From contig CAWEWF010000001.1 in the NCBI GenBank assembly GCA_963812605.1, forward strand, positions 224,001 to 288,000: a DNA stretch of 64,000 nucleotides, given 5' to 3'. The first letter of the stretch is position 1. Every line of letters starts with the position of its first letter. Shown here piece after piece: positions 20,071 through 30,899 of the stretch. Source of the stretch: an uncultured Verrucomicrobiae bacterium. GTDB taxonomy: Bacteria; Verrucomicrobiota; Verrucomicrobiia; Palsa-1439. The notes under the pieces were generated by a model. It was not told the origin of the DNA, did no database searches, and saw nothing but the letters and a program-made list of their open reading frames with translations. Both the position numbers and the translations under genes were made by a program.

Positions 20071-20294
20071 TAGCAGTTTCGTTGAGCTCGAGATCTACAC
20101 CTGTCACATTGGGTGTGAGATTGTGGTTATCTGGGCAGTCATGATGTGTGGCGGTGGTATCAAACGCACGCATCGGACTCAACCAAATTGCCCCAAGACC
20201 CAAAAAGGGCCCCAAGCACGGTAGCAACATCAAAGAAGTTCTTCCACGGTTTCACCGGTTCGTGCTAGATTATCTCGGGAAGAGCAGGTGGCAT

Positions 20295-20675
20295 ATGCGT
20301 GTCTGGCCTTTTTTTATTTCGGGAGTCATCATCACCACCGTTGCGTTTTGCAGCGGTTGTACGACAAACGCTGACAAGCCGGACGAACCACACCCTGCCA
20401 TGCGGGCGATGGGGCAGCCGGTTCCATCCCCTGCCGACTCCGGTGAGACGCCGACCAACGAGAGCATCGGTTCGGAGATCCGCCGCCAACTCGACGGCAC
20501 GCCCACAACGACCGCGGGCATCATCGTGGAAGTCGACGACGGCAAGGTCACGCTCCGCGGCAGGGCGCCAGATCTCGCCACGTCGTGGCGTGCCGAAGGC
20601 ATCGCGCACGCCACGAAAGGCGTCAAGACAGTAGTGAATCAGATCGTGGTGATTACCCCGAACCCCCCGTCGTAA
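20295..20675 (+). CDS. BON-domain lipoprotein
   Basis: Lipobox-like CSGC; IIVEVDDGKVTLRG...KGVKTVVNQI. Confidence 0.85.
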   Translation: MRVWPFFISGVIITTVAFCSGCTTNADKPDEPHPAMRAMGQPVPSPADSGETPTNESIGSEIRRQLDGTPTTTAGIIVEVDDGKVTLRGRAPDLATSWRAEGIAHATKGVKTVVNQIVVITPNPPS

Positions 20676-20681
20676 CGAGGT

Positions 20682-23195
20682 TCACTCGTTTTTTGCGGGT
20701 GACGGCGTGGGGCCGATGATCGAATCCACCTCGCCTTGGAGCGAGGGTTGGAGTTTCACCGCCTGCTGGGCGTAATCGCCCGCAACCCGATCCTGCCCAT
20801 ACTGTTTGCAGAAGGCCGCCAACCGCAAAAACCGCAGAGCATGCGCGTTGGGATTCTCGGTCGAAGCGCTGGCGGCGACATAGAAGTCCGCGAGTTGGAT
20901 GAGCGCCGCCGGCGCAAAATCGCGCCAGTCGGAAGCGATCTCTCCGTACGGGGTGGCGCAGATGAGTTGTTGATCGGTAGCGCGCAAGACTTTGCCCGGC
21001 AATGGGGTGCCGGCACGCGTCCGCAGGTCGGCGCCGTCATACGGATGGGGCGTGAAATCGGCGACCAATTGCTGTTTGAATTCCCAGAGCCGCCGCGCAC
21101 GGTCGATTCGCGGGTCCAGCAATTTGTGACCGGCAGCGGTTGAAACCTTTGAGGAACAAACCTCGTACTGGGCCAGGGCGTCCTTGAAATCGTAATTCTC
21201 CCAAAACGGCGCGACGATCGGCTCCACGGCGCTGATGGCTCGCGTATCCTCCTCATCGCGCTGGCGATACTGCTCTTCCTGTTCGTGGCGTTTCGTCTCG
21301 GCTTCCTGTCTTTCCTGCTGTCCCTTTTCGCGGTCCTGCGCCGCGGCGCGTTCGAGATCGGGCTGCTTCGCGAGCAACGCCAGTTTCAACGCGGAAAGAT
21401 TCGCATTGGTCACGGCAACGTTGAGCCTGGCCAGCGCATCATCATACTTTCCGCTTTTGGCGAGCGCCTCGATGTCCGCCATGGTCCCGGCGGCCTGGTC
21501 GCACTGACGCGCGAGTTTGTCCGCCAGCGCCTGCAAGTTAAAGGCCCATTGCTGGTCGGCCGTGCGATCCAGCTTGCGATATTCCCGGAACGAGACCGCG
21601 GCCTTCTCAAACTCGCTTTTTTCGAGATACTTGAATCCCGCCGTGAACCGGGTGAGCGCAACCGCCCACGGCGGCAGGCGCGGAATGGCAGCCTCCACGT
21701 CAGCCAATGGAAGCGAGCCGACCATCGTATCAATCAGCACGTTGGCGAAATTACCCGTGGTGATCTCCTCGGGAATGCGCGGCTTGACCATGATGTCCCG
21801 TGCACGGGCCAGAACACGGGAAGCCTCGCCGGGGCGGTCGGCCGCGAGAAGTGTCAATCCCTGGAACAATTGGATCCACTGGCGTTGACGGAACTGGCCC
21901 TGCCCGGCAACCTGAAGTGCGCTGTCATAGCCAAGCAACGCGTCGGTGTAACGGCCTTGCGCGAGCTGGAGCGTGGCTGTATTCCAAGCCTTCACCCAGG
22001 GCGTATCCTCGGCGAAGTTGACCTCTTCGGATGATGTTCCCGCGGGCGGCACAGGAGCCGGGGCAATGTTGACAACCTCCACGGGCGCCGGCGATTGCTG
22101 AAGTTGAAAGATTGTCACCCGTTTCTCCCACACGAACCAGACCGCCGCCGCGCAAATCACGAGCGCGGCCAACGTGCCCACCAGGGACAGGATCGAGAAC
22201 CGCTCTCCCGTCGGCGCGACGATGGCTTTGACGGCCTGGGTGGCCTTGAGTTCGTCCTGCGCCCCGGCGAGGTCCTCAATCAGTTCGTCGTAGGTTTCAT
22301 AACGCTCGGCCGGGTCCTTGGCCAACATGCGGGCAATGACCTGCGTCGTCCGTTCATTCAAATCGGGCGCATAGGTCTTGAGGGACAACGCGGGTTGCGT
22401 CGCGTGTTTGGTCACCACCTCGCCCGCCGTGTCCGCCTCGAACGGCGGCCGGCCCGCCAGCGCGTGAAATAGCGTCGCGCCCAGCGAGTAGATGTCACTG
22501 CGCAGATCTTCGGGCTGACCGCGGAGCTTTTCGGGCGCGATGTAGTAGGGCGTCCCCCAAATCTGGTCCGGCGCGTGTCCTTTGGCGTCTTCGGCGTCCC
22601 GACCGTGACCGCGCGCCAGGCCGAAATCAACAATCTTCGGGACACCATCCTCGTTGAAAAGGATATTCCCCGGCTTCACGTCGCGATGCAGCAAGCCGCG
22701 TTGCCAGGCACAGAGCAGCGCGGAAGCGATCTGGCGGCCGATGGAAAGCACTTCCGGTTCGGGAAGCCTGCCGAGCTTGGTGATGCGGTCATCCAGGCTG
22801 CCGCGCTGGCACAACTCCATGGACAGGTAATACTGGTTGTCGATCTCGCCGAACGCGTAGACCTGCGCAACATTGGGGTGATTGACCGACGCCGCCGCCT
22901 GGGCTTCCTGGGAGAAGCTGCTGATGAACGCCGGGTTGGTGGAGAGGTTCTTACGCACGATTTTCAAGGCCAGATAGCGGTTTAAGGGAAGATCGATCGC
23001 CTTGTAGACCGTGCCCATGCCCCCGATTCCGATGGGGTTCAGCAACAGGAAATCACCGAACTGCAGCGGCACAACAGAAAGCGCGCCACAATGTTTGCAT
23101 TCCACGTGGGTGAATCCGGTCTGTCCTGTCAGGTCGAGGATCGCCCCGCAAGAGTGGCAATTGATGGAATCCGGCACTTTGCCTGGCGCGTCCAT
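20682..23195 (-). CDS. Membrane Hanks-type Ser/Thr kinase with N-terminal zinc finger and C-terminal TPR-like domain
   Basis: CHSC...CKHC; GIGGMGTV, ALK, HRDVKPGN, DFGLA, GTPYYIAPE and SDIYSLG; TM helix near aa 340. Confidence 0.93.
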   Translation of the reverse strand: MDAPGKVPDSINCHSCGAILDLTGQTGFTHVECKHCGALSVVPLQFGDFLLLNPIGIGGMGTVYKAIDLPLNRYLALKIVRKNLSTNPAFISSFSQEAQAAASVNHPNVAQVYAFGEIDNQYYLSMELCQRGSLDDRITKLGRLPEPEVLSIGRQIASALLCAWQRGLLHRDVKPGNILFNEDGVPKIVDFGLARGHGRDAEDAKGHAPDQIWGTPYYIAPEKLRGQPEDLRSDIYSLGATLFHALAGRPPFEADTAGEVVTKHATQPALSLKTYAPDLNERTTQVIARMLAKDPAERYETYDELIEDLAGAQDELKATQAVKAIVAPTGERFSILSLVGTLAALVICAAAVWFVWEKRVTIFQLQQSPAPVEVVNIAPAPVPPAGTSSEEVNFAEDTPWVKAWNTATLQLAQGRYTDALLGYDSALQVAGQGQFRQRQWIQLFQGLTLLAADRPGEASRVLARARDIMVKPRIPEEITTGNFANVLIDTMVGSLPLADVEAAIPRLPPWAVALTRFTAGFKYLEKSEFEKAAVSFREYRKLDRTADQQWAFNLQALADKLARQCDQAAGTMADIEALAKSGKYDDALARLNVAVTNANLSALKLALLAKQPDLERAAAQDREKGQQERQEAETKRHEQEEQYRQRDEEDTRAISAVEPIVAPFWENYDFKDALAQYEVCSSKVSTAAGHKLLDPRIDRARRLWEFKQQLVADFTPHPYDGADLRTRAGTPLPGKVLRATDQQLICATPYGEIASDWRDFAPAALIQLADFYVAASASTENPNAHALRFLRLAAFCKQYGQDRVAGDYAQQAVKLQPSLQGEVDSIIGPTPSPAKNE

Positions 23196-23590
23196 GGCGC
23201 GGGCACGTTAGCACGCGCTGGAAAGCAGCGGCAACAGGAAATCAAGATGCAGAGGACACACCGATAAACGTCAATTGCGGATACATCACACGCGACTCCC
23301 CCGGCGATCCATTATCGCTCTGCATTGGATCGCTGATTTCCAGAAAACGAACCGGATTCAAAAATCCAGCTCATAAGTCCTAAGTTTCTATCCTCCTGGC
23401 AGATGCAATCACAATTGCGCATTAGCCAATCCGGTTCGCTTCGCAGAAACACATGTTTTTGGAACCCCTTCTCCCCTGTCAAAAACACGCGTTTTTCGCC
23501 TGCCACAGGCTCGCCCATCCTCACGTTGTCAAAGACCAATTCTCTGGATCATACCGCTATCGGAATCCGATGTCCAGAAGAAAGCGTTGC

Positions 23591-23648
23591 CCAACTGGAT
23601 TGCCCGCGCACATTCATCGTGATCGGGTCGCCACCGTTGACCGTTGCC
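23591..23648 (-). pseudogene. Short remnant paralogous to an internal segment of the 24355-27603 protein
   Basis: CGCACATTCATCGTGATCGGGTCGCCACCGTTGACCGTTGC matches ~26369-26409 at 39/41 positions; both encode ATVNGGDPITMNVR. Confidence 0.7.
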
Positions 23649-23693
23649 GTCAGGTGTCAAGCCCTGACTCCCTTTCCTTTCCTACCTTTTCGA

Positions 23694-24320
23694 TTAGTTG
23701 CCAAATTGCATCTCGGAAAGCGACTTCAAAGCGGATTGTAGCCTGGTCTGTTTCTGCGGATCCTTCTGCATGTTCAAGGCGTGCTGCAATCTCAGTGTGG
23801 TAATTTCTTTGTCTCCTTCGACACGATAAAGAACTTTCAATGACAGATCTCTGATGGTCACATCGTCGCTCTGCTCTAGATTCCTAATCAAAGCGGGTAT
23901 TGAAGGAGTCCCAATTTTAACAAGAGCCTCCATGGCGGGATAGCGGTCCCAGAACCACTCGTGACTTCTTTGCGCTGTGGAGCGAATCTTATCCTCCAGA
24001 GTAATCCTCTGGGCAAGACCGTCTGCGGCCCTCGGGAACCTGTATTCACCGAGGAGATAAGCGGCATAAAATCGCGCGTCTTTGCTTTCCGAATCCAGTG
24101 CTATCAAAAGTGTTTCCTGTGTTTGACGCAAGTTTTGTCCAATGTCTTGAAGCAGTGTTTCTCGCTCCTTATCTGTTAGCCTTTCGAACTTCTGTAACCG
24201 GCCGGTAATTTGTTCGTCGCTAATCTGTTCAGTTCCATTTGTCAGTGGGGCAATAAATGCTTGAATAAACACTATGAAACAACCTACGAGTACAGCGCGT
24301 TCTCTTGTGGTCATAATCAA
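23694..24320 (-). CDS. Exported HEAT-repeat protein (candidate immunity/partner)
   Basis: Signal-like N-terminus; ARFYAAYLLGEYR and AMEALVKIGTPSIPALIRNL HEAT repeats; AT-richer DNA. Confidence 0.75.
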   Translation of the reverse strand: MIMTTRERAVLVGCFIVFIQAFIAPLTNGTEQISDEQITGRLQKFERLTDKERETLLQDIGQNLRQTQETLLIALDSESKDARFYAAYLLGEYRFPRAADGLAQRITLEDKIRSTAQRSHEWFWDRYPAMEALVKIGTPSIPALIRNLEQSDDVTIRDLSLKVLYRVEGDKEITTLRLQHALNMQKDPQKQTRLQSALKSLSEMQFGN

Positions 24321-24354
24321 TCCTTTGGTTTCTTAGATATTCTCCACGTATTAA

Positions 24355-27300
24355 TCAGGGACATCCGGCCGCTGTGCTTGGAAGCGTGATATATCCCACA
24401 TCCACATCCTTCAAAATGATGTTAGGCGTTGCGCTTGCTTGCCATTTTGCCCGCCAATGCCACTTGGCGGCATCAGGAAAACTATCATTACCGGGATTTC
24501 CCCCAGAGGCTCTAACCCCATTCCACTCTACCCATTGGTGGAAGTTTGCATAGACCTCGGTGCATGAGATTGCATAAAAAATCGCAACATTAGGTGCGTC
24601 TCTATCATAGATTTTGTCGTTGGTGTCAGGGGTCAGATTTTGAACCCCCGAACTTGATGTATCATTAGTCCAAGTCGGGTCGTTAAAGCCCGCCTGCGTT
24701 TCATCTTGGAAAGTGTGAAACCACCTCTCTCGTCTAAAACTCCAACCGGTCTTGATCGATGCATTAGCATTAATCCCCACAGGACTCAATTGAGCAATGG
24801 GCACCACCTTTCCCACGCCAATTGCCCCGCCATCGTATAACTGCCCGCCAAGATTCTCTGTCTCGTCATATAGCGTCCCAAATTGCACTGCGTTTGCGGG
24901 CGTTGTTCCAGTCCTCTGAATGCTCACCGTCCCCCACACCACGGTGAAATTCACATAATCCGACGAGCCGCTGGCGCCCTGGATTTGCACGCTGAGTTTG
25001 GCGTCCATCAACGCGCTGCTGGCGGTTGAGCCTTCCACATACAGATTCGTGGGCAGGCCGGCACCGGGGAAGGTCGCGCCCGTACTGACCTGCGTCCCGT
25101 TCGTCACATCGGTGAAGACTTTAAGCTGGCTGGGAATCGTCAGCACCACCGTGTCGTTGGTAATGCTCAGCGCCCCGATGATGATCTTTTGCCGGGGCGG
25201 GCCATTGTTGTCGCAATTACAGACCACCAGCCCGCCGGGATTCTGCTTGGGACTTCCCGTAATGCCATCGATGTCAATTTCCGGCAGGAGCTTTTGCACA
25301 CCCAGGCGGGTCACGGCTAACAAATGGGCACTCTCCGTGTTGGCGTGGGTGCCCTGAGAATCCGTGTAGGAGGAATTCACGACATAACCGGGCCAACCGA
25401 AACTCCCGCCCGAGAGGCCGTACCCTTCGCCGGGATTCACCGTGACCAGAAAGCTTGCGCGAGGGGACAGCGGGCCGTCACTCCACTGGGCCGGGGATTG
25501 GCCCTGAAAGATCACCTGACTCATATCCCACGTACTGTTGGTCGTATCGTACGTGCCAAAGCAACTCAATAGCACCCGCGTGCTCGGCGCGTAATACCAA
25601 GGGAACTGAAGCGTCAGTTGGCCGTTGTAGGTATCAGGCAAATGGTAAGAGCTGCTAGCGCCAGCGCCGGAAAGCAGGCTCACAGATCCGTCGTTGCCAA
25701 AGAGCAAAGCGTTCACGCTCAAGTCCGGCTGCGGCACCCAATCCTCATCGGTGCCATTGGAAGGATACGGAGTCGCTGTCCCGCTGCAGTCGGTATACGT
25801 TAGCACGTCGCGCGCGAAGTAGATTTCATTGGTGGTTCCACCAGACGGTCCCGTAAACGAATAGGTCTGCGTGCCATTGTTCTCGCTGGCCGCAGGGCCG
25901 GTCGTACACGGCGAGCTGGAACTTTTCTCGTCGTAATCCCACTCCGTATTCATCGAGCTGATAAAGAAGCCCTCCAGCATCCCGATTGGGAAACTAACAC
26001 TGCCGTCCGCGCATGTGACCACCACTTCCAGCACCGTCGGCGTGCCATCGGCGTTCACCGAGATCTCATCGGTGAACCCCCGATTGCCGTCGCCGTCCGG
26101 GGTGAAGAGCGTCGTGGCTACGCCGTTGACCGTGACGCTCAACACCAGGTTGGTGTCCTTCAGCGCGCTGACATAGCCGCTGACGGCTTGCGCCTGCCCG
26201 TTGGCATACCAGCCGAACGGCGCGGGTGAGGTGATCGCAAAACGGTAGCTATTACCCCGCACCAACGTAAAGAAATTGGAACTCGTATGGCCTGCCAGAT
26301 CCGAGCCCATCACCACCACCGTGTTCGTCCCCGAATTCAAGGGCAACAGATACCCAAATTGATTGCTCCGCACATTCATCGTGATCGGGTCTCCGCCGTT
26401 GACCGTTGCGGTTACTATCGCATTCAAATTACTCATTTGTCCAGAAACCCAAATCTGCGACATATCCGGTAAGACGGTTACGGCGTTCGTCTGCAAGGTT
26501 GTGAAGAAGAGTTGCGGCGCATTCGTCGCGGTGCTCGTATCCACATACCAATTCACCGATGCCTGACTCTCGTTGCCTGCGGGATCCTGCACCAATATCG
26601 TGATCTCGTTGTTGGTATTCGGTTGGACGACAAACCGTGGGATATCGATCTGCGTGCCATATTGGTTCCAGTATTGTTGTCCATTAATCCAGACTTTCAA
26701 TGGCCGGAACGTGCCGGGGACGGTCGGGTCCTGCGGATCTGGATCGTACACGGTCGCCTGCAAATGCACAAAGGCCTGGTCGCCGGTGCCATTGGTGGGA
26801 CTGGTGATCTCCACCCATGGCGGGATCGTGTCCAAGGTAACAAACTTGATGAGGAGCGGCCCCAAGACGTTGGTGCTGGCGTCGGCGTATTTGAAGAACA
26901 ATTCGTACGTGGTATTGTTGGTGCTCGGCAATACGTAAGACAAAACTGCACCGGTGTTGGCGAAAACGGTCGCATTGGACATATTAGGATACAAACTCGC
27001 CAAGACAAATGGATACGGAAAACTCGATGGATCAAGTGTGATCGTCCGGTTGGTCGCCCACTCACTACCGTTATTGACCACCACATCGAGCACGTTCGAC
27101 ACGGTGGGATCGGTGAAGTACTGATACTCTTGCAGGTTGTTGATGCCGTCGCCGTCGGGATCACACGTCGCGCAGGAGAGGTTGTTGGTCGTCGTGCCAC
27201 TGCCCCCGAAGTATTTGATCCGCCACCAATCGGGGATGCCGTCGCCAACGGTATCGGTCTGGCCGGGATCGTAATTAACAAGCGTGACTGGCCCGCTGGG

Positions 27301-27603
27301 AAAGATCAGCGTCTTCGTGCCCGGTGTCCATTCGGACTCTTGATAATAGCCAGCGGCGACCGAAACCACGTCCCCGCTCGCCGCCGCCGCGAGCGCGTTC
27401 GCTATGTTGCGCTTCGGCCCGTGGCCATTGGTAATCACCTGGCTCAGCCCGTCGAATCCATTGTCACCAAGCCCATTGTCCGCATACCAGGTTGTGGCGG
27501 AAACGTCTATCACTACACAGACACACAAGGCGCAGAGACAGAACACACAGAGTACGACAAATCCCCGGTATTCCGCCTTTCGCCGTTTGTCCTCGGCTCT
27601 CAC
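24355..27603 (-). CDS. Large secreted multidomain protein (TSP3-like Ca-binding motifs, Ig-like repeats, unrecognised C-terminal domain)
   Basis: Likely GTG start at 27603 with a signal peptide; DTVGDGIPDWW and DPDGDGINNLQEY; PPWVEITSP, DPAGN and DLAGH Ig-like motifs. Confidence 0.8.
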   Translation of the reverse strand: MRAEDKRRKAEYRGFVVLCVFCLCALCVCVVIDVSATTWYADNGLGDNGFDGLSQVITNGHGPKRNIANALAAAASGDVVSVAAGYYQESEWTPGTKTLIFPSGPVTLVNYDPGQTDTVGDGIPDWWRIKYFGGSGTTTNNLSCATCDPDGDGINNLQEYQYFTDPTVSNVLDVVVNNGSEWATNRTITLDPSSFPYPFVLASLYPNMSNATVFANTGAVLSYVLPSTNNTTYELFFKYADASTNVLGPLLIKFVTLDTIPPWVEITSPTNGTGDQAFVHLQATVYDPDPQDPTVPGTFRPLKVWINGQQYWNQYGTQIDIPRFVVQPNTNNEITILVQDPAGNESQASVNWYVDTSTATNAPQLFFTTLQTNAVTVLPDMSQIWVSGQMSNLNAIVTATVNGGDPITMNVRSNQFGYLLPLNSGTNTVVVMGSDLAGHTSSNFFTLVRGNSYRFAITSPAPFGWYANGQAQAVSGYVSALKDTNLVLSVTVNGVATTLFTPDGDGNRGFTDEISVNADGTPTVLEVVVTCADGSVSFPIGMLEGFFISSMNTEWDYDEKSSSSPCTTGPAASENNGTQTYSFTGPSGGTTNEIYFARDVLTYTDCSGTATPYPSNGTDEDWVPQPDLSVNALLFGNDGSVSLLSGAGASSSYHLPDTYNGQLTLQFPWYYAPSTRVLLSCFGTYDTTNSTWDMSQVIFQGQSPAQWSDGPLSPRASFLVTVNPGEGYGLSGGSFGWPGYVVNSSYTDSQGTHANTESAHLLAVTRLGVQKLLPEIDIDGITGSPKQNPGGLVVCNCDNNGPPRQKIIIGALSITNDTVVLTIPSQLKVFTDVTNGTQVSTGATFPGAGLPTNLYVEGSTASSALMDAKLSVQIQGASGSSDYVNFTVVWGTVSIQRTGTTPANAVQFGTLYDETENLGGQLYDGGAIGVGKVVPIAQLSPVGINANASIKTGWSFRRERWFHTFQDETQAGFNDPTWTNDTSSSGVQNLTPDTNDKIYDRDAPNVAIFYAISCTEVYANFHQWVEWNGVRASGGNPGNDSFPDAAKWHWRAKWQASATPNIILKDVDVGYITLPSTAAGCP

Positions 27604-27607
27604 GGCG

Positions 27608-28420
27608 TTACTTAAGCTCCAGAGCCTCTTGCGCGCTGACCGCTTCGGGTGTCGCGTTGCTGTCACTGCCCATCTGCGTGAACACGCCCGTCAGCGAATC
27701 GAACCGGTAGCCGGACTTCACTTGCCAGCGCGGCGTGTGCATGCTCTGGCGCTGGACAATGTTGCCAGTGGCGGGATCGATCCGGTAGCCACTGATCACG
27801 GTCGCATTCGCAGCAACTGGCGGATTGATGGACGCAAGCAATTGGCCCGCCAGGCTATAATAAGCGCCTTCGCTGGCGACGTAGACTTCTAGCTGCTTTG
27901 TCTGGCTGTTCCAGAACAAGGCCGCTCCCGTTTGTTTGCTTGGCGGGACTTCGCGCGCTACGCGGGCGGCAATGTTGGAGCGCGTCTCGCTGTCGAGTAA
28001 AAGATATGGCGGGTCCATTCCGCCATACAGGTTGAGCTTGCCGTCCACTTCCACATCGCTTTCGAATATCGCGCTGGGTCCCACGGTCAAGCCACCACTA
28101 ATGAATTCGCTGTTGTCCCACGTGCCGATGCCGACTTGACCACCGATCGGATTCAATCCCAAGTAGGCATAGCCGCCGCTGCTGTACGCTTGCACGATGC
28201 CCATGTCAGGCTCGTAAATTCCCGCATTCAGATAACCGTCAGCAACGCCCTTATGAATCTCAATTAGGTGCGTCAGCGTGCATGTGCCACTATTCATGGT
28301 TGTGGACGTAACATTACTGACGACGCTCACGTTCCCATTTATGGTCAACTGGCCCGCCGACGGGCGGATTGTGGTCATGAGCAGGGCGATGATGATGATT
28401 GCTGGGAAAATAGGTTTCAT
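27608..28420 (-). CDS. Secreted hypothetical protein with fibre-like GQVGIGT motif
   Basis: Signal peptide; GGAGG RBS upstream; LNPIGGQVGIGT...LTV...VEVDGKL pattern typical of beta-rich fibre/S74-associated proteins. Confidence 0.65.
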   Translation of the reverse strand: MKPIFPAIIIIALLMTTIRPSAGQLTINGNVSVVSNVTSTTMNSGTCTLTHLIEIHKGVADGYLNAGIYEPDMGIVQAYSSGGYAYLGLNPIGGQVGIGTWDNSEFISGGLTVGPSAIFESDVEVDGKLNLYGGMDPPYLLLDSETRSNIAARVAREVPPSKQTGAALFWNSQTKQLEVYVASEGAYYSLAGQLLASINPPVAANATVISGYRIDPATGNIVQRQSMHTPRWQVKSGYRFDSLTGVFTQMGSDSNATPEAVSAQEALELK

Positions 28421-28788
28421 GGAATCCTCCTCAAAGGTTGAGAGGTTAATGCGGCGGAAGACGCGCGCTTTGGAAAATGCTTCTCACTCACCGCGATCAT
28501 GGCTTCTCCTTCATAATCGGTGACCGCGACGCTTCCGCTTATACACCGAGCACACTGTACCGTCAATACACCGTTCGGAAACGGTCTCGAAACGTTTCAG
28601 AAAGCTGGCAAGGCGGATAAGAGGGCAGAGCAATGAACCACATGCCCGTGCGGTGCGTTTTTACCAGCGTGAGTAATTTGCTGCATCGCGACATTTTATT
28701 TTCCTCCTTCACGGGTTTTGCCTTATCATGTCCAATCCATTCCCACACAGATCATTACGCGCGTAATTGCCTGTCGCCGAAAGCGCTG

Positions 28789-28804
28789 TGGCATATCGAC
28801 TGCT
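28789..28804 (+). promoter_or_regulatory. Sigma-54 (-24/-12) promoter for glnB-glnA
   Basis: TGGCATATCGACTGCT has exact GG-N10-GC spacing, ~130 bp upstream of glnB. Confidence 0.75.
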
Positions 28805-28806
28805 AA

Positions 28807-29271
<465 letters not shown>

Positions 29272-29359
29272 AGTAGAGCCGCCAAAACCGGACCAACGAC
29301 GAATCACATCACATTCGCCAGGGCGGTGACGCGTTCATCCCCTGGCTTGGAGGACAAAC

Positions 29360-30769
29360 ATGACACCCAAAGAAGTCCTGGCACTCTGTAAGAGCAAGAG
29401 TGTTCAACTTGTCGACGTAAAATTCTGCGATTTTCTCGGCACTTGGCAGCATTTCTGCGCGCCAATCGCCGAATTGGAGGAAGAAGTCTTTGAAGATGGA
29501 CTCGGATTCGACGGTTCATCGATCCGCGGCTGGAAATCCATCGAGGCCAGTGACATGCTGTTGATGCTCGACCCGGCCACCGCGATCATCGACCCGTTTC
29601 CGAAAGTCACCACGCTCAGCATTGTGGCCGACGCCGTGGACACGATCACACGCGAGCCCTACAGCCGCGACCCGCGCAACGTCGCCCGCAAGGCCGAGGC
29701 CTATCTGAAGCAGACGGGCATCGCGGACACCGCGTACTTCGGTCCCGAGGCCGAGTTTTTCATTTTCGACGACATCCGTTATGGCCAGACCGCCAACAGC
29801 GCGTATTACTACATCGATAGCAACGAGGGCATCTGGAACAGCGGTCGCGAGGAGTTTCCGAACCTCGGCAACAAGATTCGCCACAAAGAAGGTTATTTCC
29901 CCGTCCCTCCGCAGGACACCCAGGCCGATATCCGCAACGAAATGATCATGGTCATGAAGGACTGCGGCCTCAAGGTTGAGCGCGAGCACCACGAAGTGGC
30001 CACCGCCGGGCAGGCGGAGATCGATTTGCGCTTCAACTCGCTGGTTTCGATGGCTGATGACATGCTGCTTTACAAGTACGTCGTCAAGAATGTCGCCAAG
30101 CGTTACAACAAGACCGCCACGTTCATGCCCAAGCCGCTTTTCGGCGACAATGGCAGCGGGATGCACACGCACCAGAGCTTGTGGAAGAAGGGCAAGCCCC
30201 TGTTCGCGGGCAAGGAATACGCCGGCTTGAGCGACCTGGCCCTCTACTACATCGGCGGCGTCCTCAAACACGCGCGGGCCATCGCGGCAATCACCAACCC
30301 AACCGTCAACAGCTACAAGCGGCTTACGCCGGGGTTCGAGGCGCCCGTGAACCTGGCGTATTCGAGCCGTAACCGCTCGGCGGCAGTGCGCATCCCGACG
30401 TATTCACCCAGCCCCAAGGCAAAACGTATCGAGTACCGACCGCCCGATGCGATGGCGAACCCGTACATTGCGTTCTCGGCGTTGCTTTTGGCCGGTCTGG
30501 ACGGTATTGAGAACCGCATCGATCCCGGTGAGCCGCTGGACAAGAACATCTACGAATTGTCGGCCAGCGAACTCAAGAAAGTGCCCTCCATGCCGGGCAG
30601 CCTCACGGAAGCGTGCGACGAACTCGAGGACGACCACGAGTTCCTCCTCAAGGGCGACGTGTTTACGCAGGACGTGATCGATACCTGGATCGAGATGAAG
30701 CGCAAAGAGCAGGATCAGATTCGCTTGCGCCCGCATCCCTGGGAATTCCACATGTACTACGACGCGTAA
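29360..30769 (+). CDS. glnA: Glutamine synthetase type I
   Basis: [46 protein letters not shown] and RIEYR. Confidence 0.98.
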   Translation: MTPKEVLALCKSKSVQLVDVKFCDFLGTWQHFCAPIAELEEEVFEDGLGFDGSSIRGWKSIEASDMLLMLDPATAIIDPFPKVTTLSIVADAVDTITREPYSRDPRNVARKAEAYLKQTGIADTAYFGPEAEFFIFDDIRYGQTANSAYYYIDSNEGIWNSGREEFPNLGNKIRHKEGYFPVPPQDTQADIRNEMIMVMKDCGLKVEREHHEVATAGQAEIDLRFNSLVSMADDMLLYKYVVKNVAKRYNKTATFMPKPLFGDNGSGMHTHQSLWKKGKPLFAGKEYAGLSDLALYYIGGVLKHARAIAAITNPTVNSYKRLTPGFEAPVNLAYSSRNRSAAVRIPTYSPSPKAKRIEYRPPDAMANPYIAFSALLLAGLDGIENRIDPGEPLDKNIYELSASELKKVPSMPGSLTEACDELEDDHEFLLKGDVFTQDVIDTWIEMKRKEQDQIRLRPHPWEFHMYYDA

Positions 30770-30789
30770 AAGAAATTGCGCCACGCGCC

Positions 30790-30829
30790 GGGCCCGAAGT
30801 TTTCACGAACTTCGGGCCCTGTTTTTTTC
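30790..30829 (+). terminator. Rho-independent terminator of glnA
   Basis: GGGCCCGAAGTT-TTCACG-AACTTCGGGCCC followed by TGTTTTTTT. Confidence 0.85.
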
Positions 30830-30899
30830 TAAGGCGCGCGCCGTCACGAAATAATTCTCGTTCGCGGGCATTTTTTTCTTGAAGCGCTGAAATTCGCCC

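Noticed and set aside
23608-26409. The near-identical 41-bp pair as a DGR template/variable repeat
   Set aside because: It is too short, the mismatches are synonymous and not adenine-specific, and no reverse transcriptase is nearby.
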